NCBI RefSeq assembly: GCF_036588685.1
Contig: NC_086379.1
Coordinates: forward strand, 37,448,001 to 37,512,000
Direction: 5' to 3'
Source: Mytilus trossulus
Taxonomy: Eukaryota
DNA: 64,000 nucleotides
Each line of letters opens with the position of its first letter. Position 1 is the stretch's first letter. This document shows positions 23,257-53,072 of this stretch, piece after piece. The notes under the pieces are model-generated. The model had not been told where the DNA came from and ran no database searches. It saw only the letters and a program-made list of their open reading frames with translations. The position numbers were made by a program, and so were the translations under genes.

Positions 23257-24590
23257 TTATACAAATACAAATTCAAATATTTTATTGGCACAAACACAAT
23301 TACAATAATTGGCAAAGGCCCATATAACAGTGCATTACAACAATGAATACAGCATACAGTTACTAATATTTAAATATGTTATAATTAAGAAGCTAAAATC
23401 TCGTTTCTATACATCAGACATTTATATATATAAGAACTAGTCACTTTCAGGACTTTTAAAGAATTACTATTAATACAACTATTAATATTTAGCTGATTTT
23501 CACTACAACATGTAGGTTGTATATTTAATATCTTATTTTTAAAGTTAAATCTATAGTTGGAAAAAAAATTCACATTTCAGTAAAAAGTGATTTTCATCTT
23601 CTACCTCACCTGATTTACATACATTACAAACTCATTCGTCGGTGGCTAAACCTAAATATCGCCCCTTTTCAATAGCAAGATTGTGTGCACTCAATATAAT
23701 TTTACACAGAGATGACCTTTTTAATCTATTACTTAGAACATCAACATAAGAACTACGCTGCTTTGAATTATGAAATTGTTGGTAAAATTTTAGTTTTGAT
23801 GAATCATGAATTTTTGATGATTGATCCTGTGTGCACTGATCAATCACTCGTTGTTTAATACTTGGTAGATATTGTTTAATAGAAAAGTTTCCCCCAGCTA
23901 GGTTTGAAAATCCTAGATTGTTAAAAATAGAATAAAGTTTCTTTGTCCAGGGGTTATTTTTTTTCAGTTGCCAGAAAAACTTTGGATATAAGTGTGTTTT
24001 CAGACCTTAAAATATGATCATAAAACTTAATACAAGAAAATGATATTTTTTAGCATAACGGTAGCCTACAAAAATCAGCTCTACAAGCAGCATTAATTGC
24101 TTTACAATGAACACCTAGAATTTCTTTTATGAATTTCATATGGAATTTTCCCGAATTATCAAAACACCCCAAATCTCACTACAATACAGCAATATGGGGC
24201 TTACTAATGAATCAAATAATTTTTCTAAAAGTTTACAAGGATTATCCAATCCAATTGTTTTCTTAATCTTAAAACATGCTTTCCTAGCTTTTTCCATTAG
24301 TAAGGATACAGCTAAGTTAAAGTTGCCATTACACTTTAACATTATTCCCAAGTAGCAATGTTTGGAGACAGTTTGTATGACATTATCATTATAGAAAAAC
24401 TCATTTAGATATGTTTTACCATTAGAGTTAAATACTAAAACCTTTGATTTTTTGAACATTAACCTGTAGCTTCCAATTTGAGCAATATGTACTAAGAGTA
24501 TTGAGACTGGCTTGCAAACCAGTTTTGCTTTCTGATAGTAATACAATATCATCAGCATATAATAAACAATTTACAGACAAATCACCAAAT
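23257..24590 (-). mobile_element. 5'-truncated, decayed non-LTR retrotransposon (LINE, RTE-X-like) ORF2 3' half
   Basis: LSVNCLLYADDIVLLS (RT), CYLGI, LVSPILLYCSEIWG and C-terminal SAHNLAIEKGRY...CNVC...EDENHFLLKC. Ends in AATAAA plus a TTTG(A/T)A-like tail. Contains frameshifts and stops. Confidence 0.85.
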
Positions 24591-26920
24591 CATCATTATA
24601 TAACATGGAAGTGAACAAAGAAAAAGAAAAAAAAATAAAGGGAAAAAATCTACCAAAAAGGAAAAAAAGTACTATGGAAAAGAGTGGGGAAGTAGTTTTG
24701 AAAGCCTCTGACTGCCTGTATAAATTTCTTCTCTTTGGTCTTCTTCATTTATTAAATACAGTTTTATGAATTTTAACTAATTTTCAGTTAATGTGTATTT
24801 TTTCAGTCCCATTAAATTAAAGGTATTTTCAAGAAAAGGGTGGGTTTTTATCAACATGTTTTTTTATGCACACTTTTAATGTATTAGCTAATTTCAGACA
24901 TAGTTTTAATTTGTTTCTTTTTTAAAATTCAAATGAAAATTATTCTTTATATATAGAGAATAATGATGTTAAACATTGATTAATGCAGCTGGTCTCTTAT
25001 CTGAGACTGTCTGGAAAGAGGCGGAGCTTTGTCTATATTTAATTACTTCATCACAGATGTTGGTCAGATCTGTGACGTCAAACTCCCGCCAAATGCCAAG
25101 TTAGTGTTGGACAGTTCACATATAATGCAAATTTACACCATTAGAGCATCAAAGACACAAAGTGTGTGGTTCTATTGATAGAGTAATTGTATCAGAACAC
25201 TCCTGGGGTGTTCCCAGTGGAACGTCTGTATTTATATTGACTTTATATGGGTTCTAAGGGGAAAATTCAGTTTTTAGGTCATTTCTTAGAACAATTTTTC
25301 ATGAAAATTGTAAGGAAAAAATGACAATAGAAACTTTATGGGTACCCCCTTTGGCTTGACTTTGATATATATGATTGAAGGGTGTATTTTTATACAATAC
25401 TGTGTCCCAGTTTTTGGATAATTTGTTTCTAAATGAATTTATGGGTTTCCAAAGATGAAAGGTGAAATAAGGTTTGGCACCAAGCAGTTCAATCAATATA
25501 TCTTCTTACTGGAGGCATATATCAAAAATCTGAGACACGGTTTTGGAGATTGTATATGGTTGATAACAGGGATGAAACAAATTGTAACTACCATTTGACA
25601 TGAATGTGCCATTTTCATCCAAGTTGGGAGACCACTTTTTTGCCCATTTATGAGCTATATTTTGAGACTAATCAAATCAAAAATAAATTTATATATAAAT
25701 TACGAAAGAGTCATGTTTCAGCTTTAAAATGAGTTAAAGATTTTAAAAATCCATTGAGTAGTTTTGGAGAAATTGATCTTTAAATACTGTTGATTGGAGT
25801 CAGAAAATTCTGACTGTAGTGCTACCTTAAGGGGAAAGTTAAATCATATTACAGTGACTTGACTGTTAGTGTTGCTATTCACCAATTGCAACCCATTCAA
25901 AATGTTGACCAAATTGCAATTTGTTTTATTAAACCAAATTGTTCAACTGGTCAGAAATTTGAACAAATTGTTCAGTCAAAATGTGACAGTGCAAGGTGAT
26001 AAAATAAATCATACTTACAATCCTATAAGTCTGTAACTCCACTGTATTGATGTAATTCCTAAATCAGTCTATCAATCTGTATAGTTATATTATAGCTATT
26101 ACCATACTAAAGGTGAACTGTTTAATTTTGATTTGCTATAAAAATGTCAATATTAAGCTTTTATAGCAATTCAAAATTATTAAGCTTTTATATAGTTTTT
26201 CTTTCGAAAAGTATTCAAAACAGATTGTCCCTAATCAAATGGCTAAACCGAACGCTCAAACACATCAAACGAATTGACAACAACTGTCATATGCCTGACT
26301 TGATAGGAAATGGAGGGTTACACCTAGTTTTGTAGCTAGCTTAACCTCTAACTTGTATGACAGTCGCAAAAAAACCATTGTATTGACAACGATGTGTGAA
26401 CAAAACAAAAAGGTATAATTGGAAAAATTACAAACATAGAGGTACAGCAATCATCATTGTGTTATTATCTTGATCGCTATAAAAACAAACAAATATGTAA
26501 ACAAACATTTACCATGGCACAATAACACAATGATTGGATGTAAAAGTACAGAGTCACATCATATGTAACAAGAATCACAAAAATTCATAAAGACAAAGCA
26601 TATTAACAAAAATGAAAGACAAGAATACAAAAAGTATCATAGAACAATAACAAAATGACGGGTGTAAGTACAGAGCCACGTCAAATGAGGGACTTATAAC
26701 TCCACAACTAATGTATATTAAAATTAGCCCCGCCTACTAACCCCAAATGAAATATACACGGTTTCCAAGCGGTAGTTTTTAACAAATGATAATCCTAGAA
26801 ACGTATAGGAGATAAAATAAATGTATATATTGGGGGAGTATGGACATGTTCACTTATATTGGGGTGTATGTTTGGAGTTTGGGTATATGATATATACATT
26901 CAGTGTGTACAAGTATGTTA

Positions 26921-27180
26921 TATACGAGTCTAAATTGAAAACTACGTTCAAACCTATGTCTGCGTTGGATAAAAACCGCAATTTTTATACGTGTGCATGT
27001 CAAACAAATTTCGTTGTAGAAGGGTCTAAAAACAGCACAAACAACATTTTCCAAAAGACCAAAAGAGTGAAAAAGTATATTTAAACAAAACGCATTTGAC
27101 TAACAGGTCGAACAACTGATGTTCTTTAACCCTGCTGACTGCCATTGGCGATTGCCAAATAAAATTGATCACAAGATGTA
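26921..27180. repeat. Fragment of the hammerhead-bearing repeat unit (lacks the ribozyme part)
   Basis: Near-identical to ~4120-4376 with a few substitutions. Confidence 0.88.
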
Positions 27181-27569
27181 TGTTATATATATATAAATGG
27201 AGTATGAGTATGACATATATGATCATATATATATTGCGGCGATACAAATAAATATTAAGGGAAGCATGAGTCAGTTTTGCACTCAATTCTAAAAATTACA
27301 ACTGTATACTCCACTATATAAATACCATTTTTACCAAGATTTAGTTTTCTATGCATTAAGGTGATGTTGTCTTCGGTATCACATACAATTGTGAATGTTG
27401 AATATAGTTTAGAAATGCAATTTTGACATTTCAATGCATTGAAATTGCTATCCACCATTTTCGACCCCACGCTCCTACGTCAATGTAAAAGTTACATTGT
27501 TTTATACCCTATGAATATCCCTTTAACTTATTTTACATATTTTCTATATTGAATTGTTATTCTGTAGAA

Positions 27570-28214
27570 ATGTTCGATTGGAAAGACGCCTGGGAGAAAG
27601 ATAAAGCCGTTTGGCATATGGATGACTTTAACTCGACATTGGAAAAACATTTAGACAAGATTACTGGAAAAGAAAACAAGGCAAAACTATTTTTCCCACT
27701 ATGTGGAAAAACTTTGGATATGCTACACTTGTCAAAGATGGGACATGAAGTTGTTGGGGTAGAGTTTTCTGAGTTAGCTGTTCGGCAATTCTTTGAAGAA
27801 AACAGCATGCCTTGTACGAAAAGTTCTGTGCAATCTATGGGCGGCATGCTGTATAAAAATGATGACTATCGAATCCGGATATATTGTGGAGACTTCTTCA
27901 AATTCGGTTCTCATTTAGAAAAGGATTTTGATGGTGTTTGGGATAGAGGGGCGCTTGAAGCCATAGAACCTGAAATGAGGAAAACGTACATTGACATCAT
28001 GAAATCTATTTTGAAATCAGGAGCGGGGTATATTCTTGAAACTGCTGATCGACCACTTGGCGTAGGACCTCCATTTTACATGTCAGTTGATGAAATAGTG
28101 GAAAAGTTTGGGTTAAATTCTCAGCCAGAACTAATTGATTATGAAATAGCTGTGCCAGATTTACTGGCAATGGGATGTGCAGGCTTGTTCTTCTTCTACT
28201 TTTTAATGCCATGA
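27570..28214 (+). CDS. TPMT: Thiopurine S-methyltransferase-like protein (214 aa from ATG 27570)
   Basis: W...W...WH N-terminus, FFPLCGKTLDM, GHEVVGVEFSELAVRQFF, IYCGDFF, VWDRGALEAI, GPPF. An acceptor-like ttctgtAG ends at 27567, so an upstream exon is possible. Confidence 0.92.
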   Translation: MFDWKDAWEKDKAVWHMDDFNSTLEKHLDKITGKENKAKLFFPLCGKTLDMLHLSKMGHEVVGVEFSELAVRQFFEENSMPCTKSSVQSMGGMLYKNDDYRIRIYCGDFFKFGSHLEKDFDGVWDRGALEAIEPEMRKTYIDIMKSILKSGAGYILETADRPLGVGPPFYMSVDEIVEKFGLNSQPELIDYEIAVPDLLAMGCAGLFFFYFLMP

Positions 28215-29070
28215 AACGCAACCTTCTTGTCAGAATACTGCATGATAGGCAATTTTCTTTTCCTGCAACCGAAAAAGTGTATGTGGGAAACTAAGAAATA
28301 TGGAATATTAATAGATAATACATATTGTATTAAGTATCAAATATAAATCACAAAATATTTCAATGACAGACTTGGTGAAATTTGCTTTGAACTAAGCTCT
28401 GATGCATGCATAAGCATGATTTACTTACAACTATTCATGCATATTAGATAACCACAAAATTAAATAAATTGAACAATACTTCCAAGAATTTTATCTGCAT
28501 TTTGAAAAATATTTATATAAATATACATCATACATGATGTTTAATATGAAACAAACAATAATTATCCAAGACAAATCAACGAAGGTAGCACAACTACAAA
28601 AATATCACAAGGGACATTCTACCAAAAAAATTGATATGTATTTGCAAGATGTGAATTTAACCCTACATATTTGAACATATTAAACTGCATTTCTGAATAG
28701 ATGTGGATCATATTAATAAGACCATTTGACCAGCAGACTTCCTTTTAATACGAATGCTTCTACAAAATGTGAAAAATAAAAATACACTGGTATGTCACCC
28801 TTTAAATTCCTAAATACAAGGGAAATTTATGATGCCATACAAGTTAGAGGTTTTATAGCTAGATATAAATAAAGGAAACAGTAGTTAACCGATATTCGAA
28901 AGTCATAAATTGAGAGAAAACAAATCCTGGTTACAAACTAAAACTGAGGTAAACAAATAACCTATAAGAGAAAACAACGAAACAACAGAAATACTAAAGA
29001 GCAACAACAACAAAAAACGACAAAGAAACACACACAGAAACATACTAGACTTTGCATCGGAACTTACCAC

Positions 29071-29710
29071 ATTTATTTAAAAACCAGTTGTTGGCATGAC
29101 ACGGGTTATGTTCTCCTCATATATGTTATGATGGTACGTTACTAAACCCCTAACGGAAAGCATTGTGCCTGATATTCATATGATGAAGACATAATATTTC
29201 GATCAGTTTAATTCAAGTCTGGAGCTGGTATGTCAGTAAACTACTAGTAGTCTGCTGTTATTTATGTACTATTGTCATTTTGGTTTTTTTTCTTTGGTTA
29301 CATCTTCTGACATCAATCTCGGACTTCTCTTGAACTGAATTTTAATGTGCGTATTGTAGTGTGTTTTCTTTTCTTCTTTTGCTAGAGGTATAAGGGGAGG
29401 GCTGAGATTATATAAACATGTTCAACTCCGCCACATTTTTTCGCCTGTCCCAAGTCAGGAGCCTCTGGCCTTTGTTAGTCTTGTATTATTTTTAATTTTA
29501 GTTTCTTGTGTACAATTTGGACTTTAGTATGGCTTTCATTATCACTGAACTAGTATATGTGTTTATGGGCCAGCTGAAGGATGCCTCCATGTGTGGGAAT
29601 TTCTCGCTGCATTTAAGACCTGTTAACGTTGGTAACCTTCTGCTGTTGTCTGTTCTGTGGTCGTGTTGTTGTCTTTTTGACACATTCCCCATTTCCATTC
29701 TCAATTTTAT
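29071..29710 (+). repeat. Diverged copy of the 7451-8300 repeat tail
   Basis: Reverse complement of ~7453-8085 with many substitutions. Confidence 0.85.
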
Positions 29711-32099
29711 GTAGACCAGGTTTAATCAACCATTGTCTACATAATGAAAAGCCTCTGCCGAGATGATAGTTGTTATATATTCGTTTCATGTGTTTCAGCT
29801 TTTGCTGTTCGTATATATATATGCAAATCAGTCATCAGGAAAAAGTAAAATAGCAAAATGTCAAACTCCATGGAAAATTCAAAACGATAATGTCATCTTT
29901 CCAGTCAGTCTTGATTACTTTTACTTATACAATAAGAGTTGAAAAGTGAAAGGAAAAGATAGTTCTTATAACTTTTGACAAAGATGAAGACTGTAATGAC
30001 TATACGTACATACATATGTGTATCACAAACGTAGTTATATCAGGTAAAATATGTTTTTCCAAGTCTGGATACATTTGATTGTGATTATGAAGTACACAAA
30101 CATTATGTCTTGAACTTCAAAGCTGCTATCATCAGAAATAATTGATTGTTGGAGGTTTAAGGTCCAGCTGCCATCATTACATATTCTGCTTGATGGAAGA
30201 CACACATTTTGAGTACAAATGAAAAGGTTAACAATCCTTATGAAACTGGTATCTGTATTCAGACTGATTTTTTTCATGACTTTAAACAGACTAGTATAGT
30301 CGTAAATGCTTTCTGCTTAGCTGATAGTCATCAAATATCATTTTTAACTGTTTTTTGCTGAAACCTATTCAGATCTTGCCAACCTAGTCCTGTACTTGAT
30401 GGAAGCTTTCTATCATTGAAAAAACTTGAAAATGGATAATATAGCTAAAACAATCTACTTGAGTTTGGTTCAAATGAGCTTTGTTAAAAATTGGCACTTT
30501 TGTATCTAAAGAGAAATATCTTATAAGTATAATTAGTTTATTGCTTTAATATTTACAATAATTGCTTAAGTAATACACATGTGTAAAAAAAATGTATACA
30601 ATTAAAAATTCTAAAGAAAAAGAATTGTCTAACACAACCACACTTGAGTATCAGTCCTTCGGCATAAACTCTATGAGTTTCAGTATAAATTGTATTAGTA
30701 ACACTATCAATTCAAATGGTGTCTGTAATTCTTTTTTCACTTTGTCTCTATTCATTAATTTGATATCAATGTGATTTTCTACTTCAGCAAATAGAAAATA
30801 GTATGACATTCAAAAACAAGATGTGTAATTTAGGTCTTGAACAAATAACACTTTTTAAATGCTATTTTTCAACACAAAGAAGATAATATTTTTAATTATT
30901 ATGTTTAACTATATGTAAATTCGAAGTATAATAATAAATAAAAGCACCATATTTATATTTGCATTGTATTTCTGACCTTTCATTTCTCTTTTAGCTCCAA
31001 AAATAACACTTTATCAGTAAATCAGTTAGTTTTCATGTTAGAATAATATCACATTTGTCAATTAGGACCTTTCATAGCAGACTATGTGCTGGGGTTTTAC
31101 TTATTGTTGAAGGTCATAGTTGTTAAATTCTGTGTCCTTGTATCTCTGGCGGAGAGTTGTCTCATTGGCATCACACCACATCTTTTTATTTCAATATTTT
31201 AGAAATATGTTAATAATTTTTTAAAGCATTCAGATAGTATTTACATGTAATGTTCATCTTGCATTGTAATAGTATTTAGGAAGCTATACTTTACACACGT
31301 ACAAAACATGCAGTAGAAATATAAGTATTCACAATGCAACTTAAACAAAAAGATTTGTGCAAGTGTATATATGTGGTAAAAAAAAATCGGGTCAAGGGTC
31401 TATAAGACCTTTTTTTAGGCCCTATAACAGTTTTGTTTTGTTTTAGAATAAATGAAAATCAATATCTGTTTAATGAGTTAAATATGTATTGTTTAAATCA
31501 ATAAATCTGACAAAATTATTTTCTATAACAATTTCATAGATAAAACTGTTTTTAATAATGAATTGATGGGAAATTTGTAAAAAAAAAATATGAATTGTTG
31601 AATAATGAATATCATCAAATAATTGCCATTCAATATTCTCCAATATCTTCATATTTTAATATATCAAGATTAATTTATCACCCATATGTTAAGAAGTTGA
31701 AGTGGGATAAAAGGTCCTTTGTCATGTATGATAAACAAACATAATTTATTAAAACACAAAAACATAGATCATTTGTATTCTTTCCTAGCTAAAATCTGTT
31801 TATAAAATGTAAAAATTAGGTATTCCTACAATAAAAACACTGATGGTAGAAGCCCAGAATATAAATTGGACAGAATCAAAGAATTACATGATTAAAATCA
31901 TAAAACTATCATAAATGATATACTGTGGATTCATAATATTCGTTGGATATCAAATTTTATGGATATTTTTTTTGTTATCAGTGAACCATAAATTTCAATG
32001 TTCTTAACTTCAAAGGCTTGTATGGAGACTTGTAAAATCATAAAAATCATGAATATGAGAAAATACAGAATTCCATAATCCATGAAATTGGTACCAAAT

Positions 32100-32159
32100 G
32101 AATCCACTGTAATTAACCAAACTTTGAAAGAATCCACTGTAATTAACCAAACTTTGAAA
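32100..32159. repeat. Perfect 30-bp tandem duplication
   Basis: GAATCCACTGTAATTAACCAAACTTTGAAA twice. Confidence 0.9.
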
Positions 32160-32500
32160 AAATCTAGTATAAAATTGTATCCACAAGTAAAAACACTGAA
32201 ATAGATTGGTGAATTATTCATCAAGAATTCTTTTTACAACTAAAAAAGAGGTCAAAGCCAAGCTTAAACATGATCACATATCCACAGCACTTTATTGTCT
32301 ATAGCTAATAATATTACTAAAATATCTTTTCCTTCGTCAAAATATCTGGCTATATCACAGCTTCACCTGAAATAAAAACATAAAATTATTAAATATTTTT
32401 ATGATTGTTTAAAATATCTACTTAAAAGTAAATCATGTGTAATGAAATCAGGTTTATAACAAAGTAAAATCTTAGTTCCTCCAACATGCCTTTACATCCA

Positions 32501-32776
32501 CAGGGCTTTCTCTTGAAATTGAAGTAGAAGGCTCAATTAAAATTATAGGCGGCTGTAACATACGTTCGTCGAAGTTAGCCCAAGGTGAAAACTGACTTTT
32601 CATCCGTGTTTATCGTAACCGCGACTTTTTGACAATGTCTCTCGGGTGCCTGTACACATTTGAAAAATACATTTTTTTCTTTTTGAAATTATATTTTTGT
32701 CAGTGAAGTAGCCGCCACTTGAAGCCACTGTAAACCCCGGATTTCTGCCGGCTGCCGGCTTCAATGGAAAGCCCTG
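32501..32776. mobile_element. MITE with CAGGGCTTTC TIRs and 6-bp TSD
   Basis: cagggctttctcttgaa / ttcaatggaaagccctg; CATCCA at 32495-32500 and 32777-32782. Confidence 0.75.
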
Positions 32777-33165
32777 CATCCAAATAAAATATAAGACATG
32801 GACAATTCTAGAACACCAGTTATTTCAAAGTGTGAAATTGATAAACAAACAAATAAAAACTTGAGCATCTTTAATACTGTAGTGCCTCATTGGCAATTAC
32901 AAGCTTCTTAGAAATGCTAGCTCAATATTTCCATATATGACTGTGGGTCAAATACTGCCAAAAATTCCTGGAACAGGATCGATTAGAAGTAAACCAAAGT
33001 AAACTTTTGAAGATGAATAATGATACAGTTACATAGTAGTTGAAAAAATGCAAGTTGTTTTAACTTAAAAATAAAGAATACCAAGGGTCTGTTTAAACAG
33101 AGAAAATTAGGAGTGTGTTTCTCAAACATTTCTGCTTAAATAAAATTTATTTTTGTTGTGTTTAA

Positions 33166-33726
33166 AGTCATATGAAGCAAGTGAGTGGTGAAAAAATAAT
33201 GTCTGTCCAATTCTTGAACCAATGCATGTATACATCATAAGCTTAGTCCTCTGTGCACGATTTTATCATTGTTTTTCGCAAATATATCATATGATCTCCA
33301 AATTTTTCTCTCTCTGTTTGTGATGATTTAACAAATATGGCTGCTCATTAAATGCTGTGTTTTGAAGCCGAGTTTTACCAATTGTCACCTTATAGAAAAC
33401 AAATCACAAAAAGCATGGGTATTGAGCACGTGTTTAACATGTATAATCATATATTTGTTTATTCAATGACAGATCCATGCGTATTGTGGTCACCGGATTT
33501 TTACGAGGAGGGTTACGCTCTGGTCACTATGCATACGGAAAATATGTCAGTGAATTGCTTCCTGGAAGCAAGCAATTAAAAATAAGTAAATTTCTTCTAA
33601 ATGTGGACAAATTAAAGAATTTTCCTCAGAAAAAAGTATATGTACATAAGTTGTATAATGAAAACTATCCATTAAGTTATAAAAAACATATGCATATTTT
33701 TTTTTAATTTGAGGTTTCTTATGACT
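33166..33726. mobile_element. Degenerate Kolobok-type MITE
   Basis: TTAA-agtcatatgaa ... ttcttatgact; the right TSD is degraded. Confidence 0.45.
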
Positions 33727-33764
33727 TGTATAAAGTATAAAGTGTTTAGATATAAATATTACCA

Positions 33765-50737
<16,973 letters not shown>

Positions 50738-50822
50738 TTTGTCTCAAGTTCTACTGGTTCTTCTCAAACAGTTTCAATAGATCATCTACAAAATAAATAA
50801 AATAAGGTATTTTTTTATACAT

Positions 50823-51865
50823 CAGACCTATCAAATATACCGATTTTCGCGGTATCATCCCGATTTTTACCCCTCAACCCGAATCCCGAAACGGGATCAT
50901 AAAATTAGTCAAAATCCCGATTTTCAACAAATATACCCGAAAAAAATATTGTTTACCGATTTTGATATTTTGAAGTTTTTTTGATCAATTTTTAAAAATC
51001 AATCATTTTACCTGGGGATATATTATGACAAGTTAATGACCCTACGCTAATCAACAGTCACAACAGGTGTCATAATTAGTGGTATGTATTCAGATTACCA
51101 ATGGGTCGTAACAGTCCTCAAAATTAATTTTATACACAAATTTGGTCAAACAGCCTTTCATTCAATTTTAATCAATTCATCATACAAGCACAATTTGCAA
51201 CATTTGCCGTAGTTCCACAGCAAAATCATAATTAATCGAAAGATGAGAACTTAAATGAACTCTCAAGAAAACATCGTTTATCTTGAAATATGTTTAATTT
51301 TCAAAACCAAACATCGTTTGTCTGTTGATTTAAAATCGACGCCACTTTGTATACACCTCTACTGTGTTACTGTATAAGCCTCCGCCGGTAAGAGCACCTC
51401 TGAATACAAAGAAAGATAACTAAAATTTTTATCCATTTTATCATTGTTGATACTGATATATAAAGACCATGAGTATAAAGACTAAATCAAAATCTGTCTT
51501 CATCCTTCTTACTTTAGGACATGTAGTTTTATGTGTTTTGAGTCAAGTTTCATAGATGAGAAGGTCTTTGAAGGGGGAAAAAGGGGGGGGGGGTCTCTAC
51601 TTTGAATCCTTTATTTTTAATGCCATTTTCTCTATTCTTCAGTTATTTTGTCAATTTTATAATTTAAAAGTACAAGAATCATGCAAATAAAAGAAATCAA
51701 GGCCTATAAGCTCATCATTAGTAAACCAAAAGAAAATAGAAAAGAACTTAGACTATTTTAGGAGTAAAAAACAATGCTCACAGAAAAGTCGCTAAAATTG
51801 TAACCCTTAAAAATCTTGTCGCGTGCTAAATCCACCATGGAGATTTTCAAAAGTTGGCAGGTCTG
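50823..51865. mobile_element. hAT-like non-autonomous element with 6-bp TSD
   Basis: cagacctatcaa / ttggcaggtctg; ATACAT at 50817-50822 and 51866-51871; CCCGA subterminal repeats. Confidence 0.7.
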
Positions 51866-52689
51866 ATACATGAACATGATGAAGATTATTAGACATAATG
51901 CATTGCACCCTATCTTTTAGATGATAAACGATCTTACAATTTTTTAAAATACATCATATTGTTTGTTTTCCATAAATAAGGTTAACAATAATTATTTGAC
52001 TTGGAGACCTCTGACGAATCATGATATTTTACAAAATCAAGGTATAATTTAAACCAATTTGACAGTAGTCATAAATGAACGTTTTGACAAATGACGGTAT
52101 GGACATTCACACTCTCATAATATAATCTTCATCACTATAGCAGTTGAACAAGTCACACTTTAACAGGGTGAAATTTTTGCTGATCATGACAAGCAGGATT
52201 TGCTTACTGTTTTAGAGCAGTTTCTCAGATCACACCGAGTTTTTGGTGGGGTTCATGTTGATTAATCTTTAGTTTTCTATGACATGTTGTGTCTCCTGTA
52301 CTATTATTTTTCTATTTGTTCTTTAGTTTTCTATATTATTTCTAATCTATGAGTTTGACTGTCCCTCTGGCAAATGTCTGGTATCTTTAGTCCCTCTTAT
52401 TTTTTTTACCAAACTTAAGTAGTGGAAAAGGACAAGTAAGTATTTGAAGTTTTGGGCGAGTCTGACTTTAACCATATTGAAGCAGTTGCAAAATATCTAT
52501 AGGGGTCTGATTCTCTTTAAAAAAAGTTTTTAGGACAGACAGACCCTTGTGTATCCCCCCTTATATTTGGAAATTGACGAGTGTTGTAATGTGTGAAGAT
52601 TGCAATAACTGTTAATTTGTAACGTTATTTTTGTATTCAGATGTACTTGTTTTTTGTATTATTAGTAGAAACCATTCACTCGACAGGTA

Positions 52690-53072
52690 GGTCTTTGATT
52701 TGTTTGAAACTCGCACTTTTTTACAAGGAGCCAATCCAAAATCTTGTAACAAATTAGTTAGCATAAATTGCGGAAGAGATAGAAAATAAAAAACTAGTCT
52801 CGGACATGATCGGTTACAATTCCGTGGGTTGATTTGAATTTGCCAATGAATTATTAAATCGAGTTTAATAACCAATATAAAAAATAAATAACAGCTACAA
52901 TTTCTCATTCAGATGAACAAAAGAACTTTTTATTGCTCCAATAGCGTGGATCTGAGACATCAATTATTGACGGTAATATCTTTTAATAAATAACTCGGCT
53001 GCTTGATCCGTGTCAGTAAATTTACTTTTCGGAAGGTTTCGGGTTTCCTTAATAACGCCAGAAAACACCAAA
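52690..53072. promoter_or_regulatory. Candidate shared bidirectional promoter of MELK and the SR-rich gene
   Basis: CCAAT at 52731, 52843, 52872 and 52938. CHR-like TTTGAA at 52703 and 52833. YY1-like CAAAATGGCC over ATG 53073. Locally CpG-richer. Confidence 0.55.

Larger units (their letters stand above)
19862..25826. mobile_element. Non-autonomous Kolobok-type DNA transposon shell containing nested insertions
   Basis: Perfect 15-bp TIR GGTAGCACTACAGTC at 19862-19876 and 25812-25826, with TTAA on both sides (19858-19861, 25827-25830). Confidence 0.8.
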
